From the NCBI GenBank assembly GCA_965250005.1, contig OZ252279.1, forward strand, positions 930,001 through 962,000: DNA of 32,000 nt, in the 5' to 3' direction. The notes beneath the pieces were generated by a model. It made no database searches, was not told where the DNA came from, and worked only from the letters and a program-made list of their open reading frames with translations. This document shows, piece after piece, positions 19,098-30,045 of the stretch. Each line of letters starts with the position of its first letter. Positions within the stretch are counted from its first letter, which is position 1. The position numbers and the translations under genes were made by a program. Source of the DNA: Demequinaceae bacterium. GTDB lineage: Bacteria > Actinomycetota > Actinomycetes > Actinomycetales > Demequinaceae.

Positions 19098-20747
19098 TTA
19101 CTTCTTCGCGGTTTTCGTTGAACGCTGCGTCACGATTTGCGCCTGCTCGACGTCGACATCGGCGCCATCTGAGGAGCTGCTATCGGTGGAGAGGTCCGCA
19201 CCCTCAGACTCGAGGAACGTGGATACGTAGTCGTCCACTGCCTTCTCTAGCGCGGCCTCAGTCTTCTCCTCGAGCTTGCCGCTCGAAGCGATGTCCTTCA
19301 GCACCTTGGTGTTGCGCTTGAGGTGATCGATCAGCTCGCGCTCGAAGCGCAGGATGTCGGCTACAGGAATCTTGTCGAGCTTGCCCTTGGTTCCGGCCCA
19401 GATCGAGACGACCTGGTCCTCGACCGGATACGGCGTGTACTGGGGCTGCTTGAGCAGTTCCATGAGGCGCGCGCCGCGGGTGAGTTGCTGACGGGAAGCT
19501 GCGTCGAGGTCGGACGCGAACATAGCAAAAGCCTCGAGCGAGCGGTACTGGGCGAGGTCGATTTTGAGCGTTCCGGAGACCGCCTTCATTGCCTTCACCT
19601 GCGCAGATCCGCCGACGCGAGACACCGAGATTCCGACGTCGACCGCCGGGCGCTGATTCGCGTTGAAGAGGTCCGACTGCAGGAAAATCTGCCCGTCCGT
19701 AATCGAGATCACGTTGGTCGGGATGTACGCGGACACGTCGTTCGCCTTGGTTTCGATCACTGGCAGTCCAGTCATCGACCCACCGCCCAACTCGTCTGAG
19801 AGCTTCGCACAACGCTCAAGCAGGCGGCTGTGGAGGTAGAACACGTCACCGGGGTACGCCTCGCGACCCGGCGGGCGCCGCAGTAGCAGCGACACGGCGC
19901 GGTACGCCTCGGCCTGCTTGCTCAGGTCATCGAAGATGATGAGAACGTGTTTGCCCGCGTACATCCAGTGCTGGCCGATGGCCGAGCCGGTGTACGGCGC
20001 GAGGTACTTGTAGCCTGCGGGGTCAGACGCAGGAGCAGCGACGATAGTCGTGTATTCGAGCGCGCCAGCCTCTTCGAGTGCTCCGCGCACCGAGGCAATG
20101 GTCGAGCCTTTCTGCCCGATAGCGACGTAGATGCAGCGGACCTGCTTCTTCTCGTCGCCGCTATCCCAGTTGGCCTTCTGGTTGATGATGGTGTCGATCG
20201 CGATGGCGGTCTTTCCGGTCTGGCGGTCGCCAATGATCAACTGACGCTGGCCGCGGCCGATCGGGATCATCGCGTCGATGGCTTTGAGGCCCGTCTGAAG
20301 CGGCTCGTGGACCGATTTCCGGACCATGACACCAGGCGCCTGGAGCTCGAGGGCACGGCGGCCCTCCGTGACGATATCGCCAAGCCCGTCAATCGCGTTT
20401 CCGAGCGGGTCAACGACGCGGCCGAGGTAGCCATCGCCAACAGCGACAGACAGGACCTCGCCGGTGCGGTGGACTTCCTGGCCCTCTTCGATGCCGGTGA
20501 ACTCACCGAGCACCACGACACCGATCTGGCGCACGTCAAGGTTGAGTGCGAGGCCGAGCGTGCCGTCCTGGAAGCGCAGCAGCTCGTTGGCCATGGCGCC
20601 TGGCAGGCCCTCGACCTGCGCGATGCCGTCTCCCGCGAGGGTGACGCGGCCGACTTCCTCCTGCACCACGCCCTTGGGCTCGTACGACTTCACGTAACTG
20701 TCGAGCGCAGTCCGGATCTCGTCGGGACTGATCTTCAGGTCAGCCAT
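19098..20747 (-). CDS. atpA: F1 ATP synthase alpha subunit with a roughly 37-aa C-terminal extension
   Basis: 549-aa ORF. Walker A GDRQTGKT, plus typical alpha motifs ([26 protein letters not shown]). There is an AGGAGA RBS upstream. Confidence 0.95.
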   Translation of the reverse strand: MADLKISPDEIRTALDSYVKSYEPKGVVQEEVGRVTLAGDGIAQVEGLPGAMANELLRFQDGTLGLALNLDVRQIGVVVLGEFTGIEEGQEVHRTGEVLSVAVGDGYLGRVVDPLGNAIDGLGDIVTEGRRALELQAPGVMVRKSVHEPLQTGLKAIDAMIPIGRGQRQLIIGDRQTGKTAIAIDTIINQKANWDSGDEKKQVRCIYVAIGQKGSTIASVRGALEEAGALEYTTIVAAPASDPAGYKYLAPYTGSAIGQHWMYAGKHVLIIFDDLSKQAEAYRAVSLLLRRPPGREAYPGDVFYLHSRLLERCAKLSDELGGGSMTGLPVIETKANDVSAYIPTNVISITDGQIFLQSDLFNANQRPAVDVGISVSRVGGSAQVKAMKAVSGTLKIDLAQYRSLEAFAMFASDLDAASRQQLTRGARLMELLKQPQYTPYPVEDQVVSIWAGTKGKLDKIPVADILRFERELIDHLKRNTKVLKDIASSGKLEEKTEAALEKAVDDYVSTFLESEGADLSTDSSSSDGADVDVEQAQIVTQRSTKTAKK

Positions 20748-20791
20748 GTTTTATCTCCTGTCAATTCCGCGGTAGCGGTTCAGTGTTGGCG

Positions 20792-21604
20792 TTAGCCAAC
20801 AAGTCTTCGTCGTGCTTCGTCAAGCCGGGACAGCACGGTGCCGTCCACTACTTCATGCCCGACCTGGACTCGAATGCCACCCAGCACACCTGGCTGGATA
20901 GCGACGTTCAGTTGAATCTCGCGCCCATAGGCGTTCGCGAGGATGCTGGTGAGGCGCGCGCGCTGCTTGGCGCTGAGCTCGACTGCCGACACGACGTTCG
21001 CGACTGACCGGTCGCGGCGGCCTGCTGCTGCAGCGATGAACGCCGTGAGCGAAGCGCTCACCCGGCGATCCCGAGGTGCAAATGCGGCGCGCTCAAGGAG
21101 CGCGAGCGTCTCGCTTGCCAAGCTCTTGCCGAAAACGCTGGTGAGGAGGTCACGGCGCTTGGCCGGATCGCCCGTACGGTCGTCTAGGGCCACGCGCAGA
21201 TCGCGCTCGGCAGCGAGCATGCGCTCAACGCGGAATAGCTCTTCTTCGACAGCGTCGAGCCTTCCCGCGGCGTCGGCGGCCCCAAGGAGTGCCTCCATGC
21301 CCGCGGCCTCGAGCGAGTCACCAAGGTCGCGCTCGTGCGACCACCTAGCGTGCACCAGGTCGGACGCGACGTCAATGACGCGGGGGTCGACCGTACCGAA
21401 AAGTTCCTTCACCAAGCTGGCCTTGTCCGTGCCCGGTCGTGCCGGGTCCGTCAGGGCGCGGCGCAGCGAGCCGGAGGAATCGAGCGCGTCTACAACCGTG
21501 AAAATCTCGGCGGCCAGGACGGCACTCTCCGCTCCCGCGGCGTTGACCACGGGCTCGAATCCCTTCAGCACGGCGTCGCGCGACGCTTGGCTCGTTCCAC
21601 GCAT
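20792..21604 (-). CDS. atpH: F1 ATP synthase delta (OSCP) subunit, long actinobacterial form (270 aa)
   Basis: Its position is between atpF and atpA. The C-terminal OSCP signature is present (...NVAIQPGVLGGIRVQVGHEVVDGTVLSRLDEARRRL). Confidence 0.88.
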   Translation of the reverse strand: MRGTSQASRDAVLKGFEPVVNAAGAESAVLAAEIFTVVDALDSSGSLRRALTDPARPGTDKASLVKELFGTVDPRVIDVASDLVHARWSHERDLGDSLEAAGMEALLGAADAAGRLDAVEEELFRVERMLAAERDLRVALDDRTGDPAKRRDLLTSVFGKSLASETLALLERAAFAPRDRRVSASLTAFIAAAAGRRDRSVANVVSAVELSAKQRARLTSILANAYGREIQLNVAIQPGVLGGIRVQVGHEVVDGTVLSRLDEARRRLVG

Positions 21605-21606
21605 GG

Positions 21607-23283
<1,677 letters not shown>

Positions 23284-23351
23284 GGCTCGCGCACACGGGC
23301 GTTAGCCAGGTCTTGCAGGAATCGCGCTAAGCCTATCCCAGAATCTGGCTA

Positions 23352-23810
23352 TCACGGTGCGGGGGTCACATACGGAATGCGGGCCTTGAGGACGGTCGTA
23401 ATCTCGATCGCCAACGCGGTTAGAGCGCCCGTCAGAACGACGGCCCCGAACAGCGGCCGGTTCACCGATTCGTTGTTCTGAGCGACCACCATCGCGACAA
23501 TTACCACGATCATTTTGAACAGCCACGTGACAGCAACGACGCCCACAAAAACCATGGGCCCGCGGGTGGAACCGAACCACGCAGCTACCGAAGTCGTGAG
23601 GCTGAAGATCGCCGCAATCCCGGACGCTGCGAGCGCGCTCCACAGTCCCGTCGTGCCGTCGATCAAATAGCCGACGACCGAGCCGACCACAGCTATCGCC
23701 GCCAGGGCGATCAGCGACCACATGGCTGCACGGCGGTACGCGGCCGTGTCGGCCTGGGGTGCGGGGGTCGCCGCCGCGTCGTCTGCGGGAACTGGCGCTG
23801 CCTTGGGCAT
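23352..23810 (-). CDS. Small membrane protein in the AtpI position (ATP synthase protein I-like), 4 predicted TM helices
   Basis: 152-aa ORF immediately upstream of atpB and 7 nt downstream of wecA. It has four hydrophobic segments. The assignment rests on position and topology only. Confidence 0.6.
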   Translation of the reverse strand: MPKAAPVPADDAAATPAPQADTAAYRRAAMWSLIALAAIAVVGSVVGYLIDGTTGLWSALAASGIAAIFSLTTSVAAWFGSTRGPMVFVGVVAVTWLFKMIVVIVAMVVAQNNESVNRPLFGAVVLTGALTALAIEITTVLKARIPYVTPAP

Positions 23811-23817
23811 GAGCTTC

Positions 23818-24966
23818 CTAGCGTGAGATCTTCTGGAGGGACGTTGCAGATTCGCCGATGCAGCGCCACAGCCGCCCGAGCGAGTCGCGGAACTTGGGAG
23901 AAAACGTGGCTACGGCGGCGATCACTATGCCGATCGCCATCGCGAGCGCCGCATAGCGGCCCCGCATAAACACAAGTGAGACTGCTCCGAACGAGAACAC
24001 TGCGGTCCACAGGTATAGGACGCTGACCGCCCAGCGGTGGGAGTGGCCGAACTCGAGCAGCCGGTGGTGCAGGTGGTTCGCGTCAGGGGCCCACGGCGAG
24101 TCGCCTCGAAGCAGCCGGCGGAACACCGCGAGCGTCATGTCAAGCAGCGGGATGGCCACCACCATGAGCGGCAGCACGATCGGAATAAATGCGGGCAGAC
24201 GCTCCCGGTCCCCCACTACCTCGGGGTCAATCTGACCGGTCATGACGATGGTCGCGGCGGCCATGGTGAGGCCCAGCACCATGGAGCCCGAGTCGCCCAT
24301 GAAGATGCGCGCCGGGTGAAGGTTGTGCGGCAGGAATCCGAGGCAGGCGCCAACAAGGGCTGCAAGGATGAGGGTCGCGAGGCTCGAGTAGTCGCCTACG
24401 CCGGCGTCGCGTGCAATCACGTACGTATAGACGAAGAAGGCCGTTCCGCCGATCGCGATCAGGCCAGCGGCGAGCCCGTCCAGTCCGTCCACAAAGTTGA
24501 CGGCGTTGATGGCGACAACCACGACGAGCATCGTCACAATCAGCGAGACGGAGCTGGAGGCGATCGTGAGTCCGTTGATTGGCAGCGTGACCAACTGGAT
24601 TCCGCCCCACGCCATGAGCCAGGCGGCAAACACCTGGCCTGCGAGTTTGGCCATCCAGTCCAGGTCGTAGATGTCGTCGAATACGCCGACCAGGCACACC
24701 ATGCCCGCGCCCGCGAGGACTGCCCACGCCGCGCCGGACACCTCGAACACCGGTTGAAGGAAGGGGATCGCGGACGCAACGGAAATGGCCGCCGCGAGGC
24801 CAAGGAAGATCGCCACGCCGCCCAGCCGGGCAGTCGGGACGGTATGGACGTCGCGCTCGCGGACAGCGGTCACGGCGCCGATGCGGTGGGCAAGATGGCG
24901 CATGGCAGGCGTCGCCACGAACGTGACGAGGGCCGCAATGAGCATCAGTGTGAGGTAGACCTTCAC
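23818..24966 (-). CDS. wecA: UDP-GlcNAc:undecaprenyl-phosphate GlcNAc-1-phosphate transferase (WecA/Rfe; MraY-like GT4 family)
   Basis: 382-aa polytopic membrane protein. Motifs: GVFDDIYDLDW, NAVNFVDGLDGLAAG, IFMGDSGSM and HLHHRLL are typical of the WecA/MraY family. It has the same position as Rv1302 (rfe), from memory. Confidence 0.85.
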   Translation of the reverse strand: MKVYLTLMLIAALVTFVATPAMRHLAHRIGAVTAVRERDVHTVPTARLGGVAIFLGLAAAISVASAIPFLQPVFEVSGAAWAVLAGAGMVCLVGVFDDIYDLDWMAKLAGQVFAAWLMAWGGIQLVTLPINGLTIASSSVSLIVTMLVVVVAINAVNFVDGLDGLAAGLIAIGGTAFFVYTYVIARDAGVGDYSSLATLILAALVGACLGFLPHNLHPARIFMGDSGSMVLGLTMAAATIVMTGQIDPEVVGDRERLPAFIPIVLPLMVVAIPLLDMTLAVFRRLLRGDSPWAPDANHLHHRLLEFGHSHRWAVSVLYLWTAVFSFGAVSLVFMRGRYAALAMAIGIVIAAVATFSPKFRDSLGRLWRCIGESATSLQKISR

Positions 24967-25661
24967 GCGGCCTCACCTCCCTTGGCTTTCGGCTCCGCCT
25001 GGGCGAGGGCGCCCGCGCCCACGACGTCGAGGATCTGTTCGCGGGTCACGCCGCCGTCGCGGATGATGCGCAGTTGGGGCTTGGTGGCATCCACGATAGT
25101 CGAGGCCGCGCCGAGCGGGGAATCGCCCCCGTCGAGGTAGACCGCCACCGCGTCACCGAGGTGCTGTTGCGCTTGTTCCACGGTGGTCGCAGCGGACTCG
25201 CCCGTCTTATTCGCGCTGGTTGCGGCCACGGTGCCCGTGCGTTCGAGGAGCGCGAGCGCAGCCGGGTGGTCGGGGACACGGAGCGCCACGGTGCCTCCGG
25301 TTTCCCCCAGGTCCCACGCGAGCGAGGGCTGGGCGTTGAGAATCACGGTCAGTGGGCCCGGCCAGAACGCGTCCATCAGGGCGCCCGCGGCGTCAGAAAC
25401 GTCACGCGCGAGTCCCGCTACCGTAGCGACACTCGGGATAAGGACAGGCGGCGGCATGTGCCGGCCGCGGCCCTTGGCGTCGAGCACCGCCTGCACGGCC
25501 TCGGGCTGAAATGCATCCGCGCCCACGCCATAGACCGTGTCTGTTGGTAGAACAACAATCTCCCCGCGCCCAATTGCGTGCACGGCCGCGTCAATGGACG
25601 GGCCCCACGTCGCGGGGTCTAAGGCGGGCAGGATCACGTGGGCAAGTCTGGCACGGCTCAA
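24963..25661 (-). CDS. tsaC: L-threonylcarbamoyladenylate synthase (YrdC/Sua5/TsaC family, single-domain form)
   Basis: 232-aa ORF. Motifs: VVLPTDTVYGVGADAF, KGRGRHMPPPVLI, WPGPLTVIL, VALRVPDHPAALALL, ATSANKTGE. It has 4-nt overlaps with both neighbouring genes. Confidence 0.85.
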   Translation of the reverse strand: MSRARLAHVILPALDPATWGPSIDAAVHAIGRGEIVVLPTDTVYGVGADAFQPEAVQAVLDAKGRGRHMPPPVLIPSVATVAGLARDVSDAAGALMDAFWPGPLTVILNAQPSLAWDLGETGGTVALRVPDHPAALALLERTGTVAATSANKTGESAATTVEQAQQHLGDAVAVYLDGGDSPLGAASTIVDATKPQLRIIRDGGVTREQILDVVGAGALAQAEPKAKGGEAA

Positions 25662-26611
25662 GCGCGCGTGGCCACGACGAAGCGATCGCGTCCGCTGCCG
25701 TCCTGTCCTGTTTCGATGTCGATCCAGGCCCCAGACGCGCTGAGGATGTCGCGAACCTCGGCGCCCTGCTCGTCCCCATGCTCCATGACGAACCGCCCGC
25801 CGTGACGCAATAGCCGTACTGCCGTTGCCTCCACACCCCGCGGAACCTCAAGGCCGTCGGCACCCAACCCGTACAAGGCAACCTCTGGGTCGTACAGCGC
25901 TACCTCGGGGTCGCGTGGAACTGCGCCACGCGGAATATACGGCGGGTTGGAGACCACTACATCGACCGTCCCGTTCATGTCCCTCAGCGCTTTGCGCGCA
26001 TCGCCTTGCACCAGGTTCAAACGCCGCTGGGCATCGTCGCTCTGGCGCGAGGCGTTGCGTTCCAAGAACGCAAACGCATCCTCGCTCAGCTCCACGAGCG
26101 AGACAAAGACGCTCGGTACCTCCGCCGCGATCGACAACCCGATCGCACCCGAACCTGCACACAGGTCCACGGCGGTGACGGTTGCAAATCCCTCTGCCGC
26201 CGATGCCGCGACAGCATCTATCGCTGCTTGGGTAACCCACTCGGTCTCGGGACGCGGCACGAATACGCCTTTGCCAACCTCGAGGACAATGTGTCGAAAT
26301 GGCGCGCCTTTGGTGATGTGTTGAAGCGGCACGCGCTCGACGCGCCTGCCCACGATTTCTCCGATAGAACCGGGCGGAGGGTGCTCTGCTCTGAGCGTGG
26401 CGACGTCGAGGTTTGCGGGCGACATGTCTCCGCGCGCGGCCCCCGTGCGGATCGTGGAACTGTCGCTGCCTGCAGCAAAAGCGATGAGCGCGAGCGCGTC
26501 TGGTTCGGGGCTTTGGACGCCCGCATCAGCGAGCATCACAGTAACATCGCGAACGAGCAGGGCGAGCGGGTATGCACCGGGGGTCTTTGTCGGACGTACG
26601 CGCCCAGTCAT
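25658..26611 (-). CDS. prmC: Release-factor glutamine N5-methyltransferase PrmC (HemK)
   Basis: 317-aa ORF. It has the SAM motif VDLCAGSGAIG, the catalytic NPPY (VVSNPPYIP), and lies immediately downstream of prfA. Confidence 0.88.
   Translation of the reverse strand: MTGRVRPTKTPGAYPLALLVRDVTVMLADAGVQSPEPDALALIAFAAGSDSSTIRTGAARGDMSPANLDVATLRAEHPPPGSIGEIVGRRVERVPLQHITKGAPFRHIVLEVGKGVFVPRPETEWVTQAAIDAVAASAAEGFATVTAVDLCAGSGAIGLSIAAEVPSVFVSLVELSEDAFAFLERNASRQSDDAQRRLNLVQGDARKALRDMNGTVDVVVSNPPYIPRGAVPRDPEVALYDPEVALYGLGADGLEVPRGVEATAVRLLRHGGRFVMEHGDEQGAEVRDILSASGAWIDIETGQDGSGRDRFVVATRA
25871..25912 (-). repeat. In-frame 21-nt tandem duplication inside prmC encoding DPEVALY twice
   Basis: gtacaaggcaacctctgggtc (25871-25891) and gtacagcgctacctcggggtc (25892-25912) match at 17 of 21 nt. 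All four differences are synonymous on the coding (minus) strand. Confidence 0.85.
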
Positions 26612-26617
26612 GATCGG

Positions 26618-27703
26618 CTACGCGTCGGCGCCCGCGAGACGTGCAGCCTCGTCGGCTTCGATGGCGGAGCGAACAACCGCGTCGAGGTCGCCGCTCAGGA
26701 CTGCCTCGAGGTTGTACGCCTTGTAGCCCGTGCGGTGGTCCGCGATCCGGTTTTCGGGGAAATTGTACGTGCGAATGCGTTCGCTGCGGTCCACGGTGCG
26801 GACCTGGGATTTGCGCATACTGGACGCTTCGGCTTCTGCGGCTTCTTGTTCGGAGGCGCGCACGCGCGCCTGCAGGACTTTCATCGCGCTTGCGCGGTTC
26901 TTGATCTGCGATTTCTCGTTCTGGCAAGACGCGACGATGCCGGTGGGCTTGTGCGTGATGCGGACCGCAGAGTCTGTGGTGTTGACCGACTGCCCTCCGG
27001 GTCCGGAGGACCGATAATAGTCGATCTGCAAGTCGGCGTCGTTGAGGAGCTCCGCCTCCACCTCTTCCACCTCGGGGTGCACGAGCACGCCCGCAGCTGA
27101 GGTGTGGATGCGGCCCTGCGTTTCCGTGGTGGGAACTCGCTGAACCCGGTGGACTCCGCCCTCGTACTTGAGGTGCGCCCACACGCCTTCCTGCGGCTCC
27201 GGGTTGCCCTTGGCGCGCAACACGACTGTTGCGTCCTTGTAGCCGCCGAGGTCCGTGCGCGTTTCGCTCAAGACCGTGGCACTCCAGCCCTTGATTTCAG
27301 CGTACTTGAGGTACATCTTCATGAGGTCGCTGGCGAAAAGTGCGGATTCATCGCCGCCTTCACCCGCCTTGACCTCGAGGATCACGTCGCGTGAATCATC
27401 CGGGTCGCGCGGGATGAGAATGCGGCGAAGCGTCTCCGTGGCCGCCTCCAGGACGGCTTCAAGCGCAGGTACCTCGGAAGCGAACTCCGGGTCTGCTGCA
27501 GCCATCTCTTGGGCGGCCTCAACGTCGCCCGCCGCAGCCTCAAACGCGCGCTGGGCTGCGACTACCCTGCCGAGTTCCGCGAACCGACGCCCGAGTGTGC
27601 GCGCTCGTCCGGCGTCCGCGTGAACCGCAGGGTCGGACAGTTGCATCTCGATATCGGCGTACTCGTCCAGCAACGGCTGGACGGCAGCGAAGGTCTCGGC
27701 CAT
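26618..27703 (-). CDS. prfA: Peptide chain release factor 1
   Basis: 361-aa ORF. It has the PxT-type tripeptide region ([17 protein letters not shown]) and the GGQ motif ([24 protein letters not shown]). Confidence 0.95.
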   Translation of the reverse strand: MAETFAAVQPLLDEYADIEMQLSDPAVHADAGRARTLGRRFAELGRVVAAQRAFEAAAGDVEAAQEMAAADPEFASEVPALEAVLEAATETLRRILIPRDPDDSRDVILEVKAGEGGDESALFASDLMKMYLKYAEIKGWSATVLSETRTDLGGYKDATVVLRAKGNPEPQEGVWAHLKYEGGVHRVQRVPTTETQGRIHTSAAGVLVHPEVEEVEAELLNDADLQIDYYRSSGPGGQSVNTTDSAVRITHKPTGIVASCQNEKSQIKNRASAMKVLQARVRASEQEAAEAEASSMRKSQVRTVDRSERIRTYNFPENRIADHRTGYKAYNLEAVLSGDLDAVVRSAIEADEAARLAGADA

Positions 27704-27723
27704 GGAAGTAGGCCCCTACCGAG

Positions 27724-27969
27724 TTATTTGGTCTCAGCCTCGGCTGGTTCAGCCGCAGGCTCTGCGCCCTTGCCGTAGCGCTTCTCGAAGCGTGCGACGC
27801 GGCCACCAGTGTCGAGGATCTTCTGCTTGCCCGTGTAGAACGGGTGGCACTCGGAGCACACATCCGCGGCAATGGCGCCCGAAGTTGCGGTGCTGCGGGT
27901 CTCAAATGTGTTTCCGCAGGTGCACGTGACCGTGGTAGCCACGTACTCGGGGTGAATGTCTTTCTTCAT
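27724..27969 (-). CDS. rpmE: 50S ribosomal protein L31 (Cys-containing, zinc-binding type) with an Ala/Glu/Pro-rich C-terminal tail
   Basis: [10 protein letters not shown]...TCTCGNTF...[29 protein letters not shown]. There is an AAGGGA RBS upstream. Confidence 0.93.
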   Translation of the reverse strand: MKKDIHPEYVATTVTCTCGNTFETRSTATSGAIAADVCSECHPFYTGKQKILDTGGRVARFEKRYGKGAEPAAEPAEAETK

Positions 27970-28055
27970 GATTTCCCTTTATGGCCCCCGGGTCCGTTCG
28001 CGTATTTCGCGACGGTGAACCGCAGGCCGGCGTCCAATGCTACATGTCCAGGACC

Positions 28056-28084
28056 TAGCGGTAACGCTCGGGGCGCTACCGCTA
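28056..28084 (-). terminator. Hairpin 13 nt downstream of the rho stop; possible terminator, with no U-tract
   Basis: tagcggta (28056-28063) pairs with taccgcta (28077-28084). An inner 3-bp cgc/gcg extension follows one mismatch, and the loop is 5 nt. There is no downstream U-run on the minus-strand RNA, so any function is uncertain. Confidence 0.3.
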
Positions 28085-28097
28085 TGCCCAAGAGTTT

Positions 28098-29732
28098 CTA
28101 GTCGTCGCCCGGCGTGGTCTTCTGGACCGTGAGCAGGAACTCGGCGTTGGTCTTGTTCTCCTTGAGCTTCTGCAGCAGCAGCTCAATGGACTGCTGCTGG
28201 TCGAGCGCAGAAATCACGCGGCGAAGCTTCCACATCACCTTGAGTTCATCTGCGCCAAGCAGGATTTCCTCGCGGCGTGTACCCGACTGGTTTACGTCGA
28301 CTGCAGGGAAGATTCGGCGGTCGGCGAGCGAACGGCTGAGCTTGAGCTCCATGTTTCCGGTGCCCTTGAACTCTTCGAAGATAACCTCGTCAGCCTTCGA
28401 CCCCGTCTCCACCAACGCAGTCGCAAGGATGGTGAGGGAGCCGCCGTGCTCGATGTTGCGCGCGGCGCCAAAGAAGCGCTTGGGCGGGTACAGCGCCGAC
28501 GAGTCGACACCACCCGAGAGGATGCGGCCCGAGGCGGGCGCGCTGATGTTGTACGCGCGGCCGAGGCGGGTGATCGAGTCAAGTAGCAACACGACGTCCT
28601 TGCCCATTTCGACGATGCGCTTGGCGCGCTCAATTGCGAGTTCGGCCACCTGAGTGTGGTCCTCAGCAGGGCGGTCGAACGTCGAGGCAATGACCTCGCC
28701 TTTGACGGTGCGCTGCATGTCGGTGACCTCTTCAGGACGCTCATCCACAAGGACAACCATGAGGTGAACCTCGGGGTTGTTGGTGGTGATGGCGTTAGCA
28801 ATCGCCTGGAGCACGAGCGTCTTACCGGCTTTGGGCGGCGAGACGATGAGTCCACGCTGGCCCTTACCAATAGGTGCAACCAGGTCGATGATGCGTGTCG
28901 TCATGTCGCGCGGGTCGGTCTCGAGGCGCAGTCGGTCCTGCGGGTACAGCGGGGTGAGGTCTCCAAAGACGACCCGGTCCTTTGCTTCAACCGGTGTCTG
29001 GCCATTGACCGTCTCGACACGCACGAGCGCGTTGAACTTCTGGCGCTGACCGCGCTCGCCCGGACGGGGCGGGCGCACGGCGCCGGTGATGGCGTCTCCC
29101 TTGCGCAGTCCATACTTGCGGACCTGGTTGGATGAAACGTAGACATCCGTCTTGCCGGGCAAGAAGCCGGTGGTGCGGATAAACGCGTAACTGTCGTAGA
29201 CGTCAACGATGCCGCCGACATCACTCAGCTCTTCGCCCTCGCGGGCCTCGTCCTCGTCGCCGCGGGGCGCGTCTTCGTAGTTGCCGCCGCCGCTCCCGCC
29301 GTCACGTCCGCCACGATTGCGTCCACGGCCGCGTCCGCGGCGACGGCGGCCGTCACGGCCTTCGTCGCCGTTACGGTTGCGCTGGTTGCCGCCGCCCTGG
29401 CTGCCGGATCCCTGGTTGCCGGATCCCTGCTTGGCGTTGCCGCCATCAGAGCCCTTGATGTCGCCGTCGTTACCCGAGGACGAAGCCACGGCCTCCTTGG
29501 CGCGCTTGGCACGGTCGTCTGAGGGACTTCCGCTTGCGTCGGCACTCTTGGGTTCGTCTTTGGCGGCGACTACTCCGCCGTTCTCGATTGCTGTCACGAG
29601 ATCACTCTTTCGCATTTTAGTGGTGCCAGAGACTCCCAGCTCAGACGCGAGCGCCTGCAATTGGGGAATCTTCATGTCACTCAGGGCCGCGCCGCCTGTG
29701 GCGTTCGCTACGGCCTCGTTGGTGTCGGTCAC
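28098..29732 (-). CDS. rho: Transcription termination factor Rho with a large Arg/Gly/Asp/Asn-rich N-terminal insertion
   Basis: It has a Rho_N segment ([25 protein letters not shown]), an RNA-binding CSD-like region ([17 protein letters not shown]), Walker A (PPKAGKT) and typical C-terminal motifs ([16 protein letters not shown]). I prefer the GTG at 29732, preceded by GAGGAAAGG with a 6-nt spacer. The track ORF start (GTG at 29786) is an alternative. Confidence 0.93.
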   Translation of the reverse strand: MTDTNEAVANATGGAALSDMKIPQLQALASELGVSGTTKMRKSDLVTAIENGGVVAAKDEPKSADASGSPSDDRAKRAKEAVASSSGNDGDIKGSDGGNAKQGSGNQGSGSQGGGNQRNRNGDEGRDGRRRRGRGRGRNRGGRDGGSGGGNYEDAPRGDEDEAREGEELSDVGGIVDVYDSYAFIRTTGFLPGKTDVYVSSNQVRKYGLRKGDAITGAVRPPRPGERGQRQKFNALVRVETVNGQTPVEAKDRVVFGDLTPLYPQDRLRLETDPRDMTTRIIDLVAPIGKGQRGLIVSPPKAGKTLVLQAIANAITTNNPEVHLMVVLVDERPEEVTDMQRTVKGEVIASTFDRPAEDHTQVAELAIERAKRIVEMGKDVVLLLDSITRLGRAYNISAPASGRILSGGVDSSALYPPKRFFGAARNIEHGGSLTILATALVETGSKADEVIFEEFKGTGNMELKLSRSLADRRIFPAVDVNQSGTRREEILLGADELKVMWKLRRVISALDQQQSIELLLQKLKENKTNAEFLLTVQKTTPGDD

Positions 29733-29971
29733 ACTGTTCCTTTCCTCGCACGAGCCCGGGTGGCTCCGAAGTACGAGATTGCCCACGCATGCACGCCTAA
29801 ACGTTTGGATACGCCGCTAAGGACGTGCCGTTCGTGGATTGCTTCCGGATTCTGGACTATGCCCCATGGGCTCGATCCTCCTGGAATGCACTATCAAGGT
29901 ACCACTTCCTCAACGTGACGCTAGACAACGGCGCCTCGGGAGCCCTTCAGCTAGGCGGAATCGCCGCTTGA

Positions 29972-29982
29972 ATTGACTCAAT
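29972..29982. promoter_or_regulatory. 11-bp perfect palindrome ATTGAcTCAAT in the rho/ROK divergent region; candidate operator
   Basis: attgactcaat at 29972-29982 lies in the lowest-GC stretch of the window, 64 nt upstream of the ROK regulator ATG. The assignment is purely positional. Confidence 0.2.
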
Positions 29983-30045
29983 ATGCAGCGGCGTGTTGTT
30001 GCAAGAGCGGGTGGCTTACGTGCACCGATGAGATAAGGTTGCATC

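Noticed and set aside
24037-27100. Two long plus-strand ORFs (24037-25140, 367 aa; 26006-27100, 364 aa)
   Set aside because: They are antisense to wecA/tsaC and to prmC/prfA respectively, all of which carry diagnostic motifs. These are shadow ORFs.
26618-27703. Possible programmed frameshift in the release factor gene
   Set aside because: The programmed +1 frameshift is a property of prfB (RF2). This gene is RF1 and is a single uninterrupted frame.
29281-29820. 179-aa Pro/Arg/Leu/Ser-rich plus-strand ORF
   Set aside because: It is the complement of the Gly/Arg-rich insertion of rho. It is low-complexity, with no start context.
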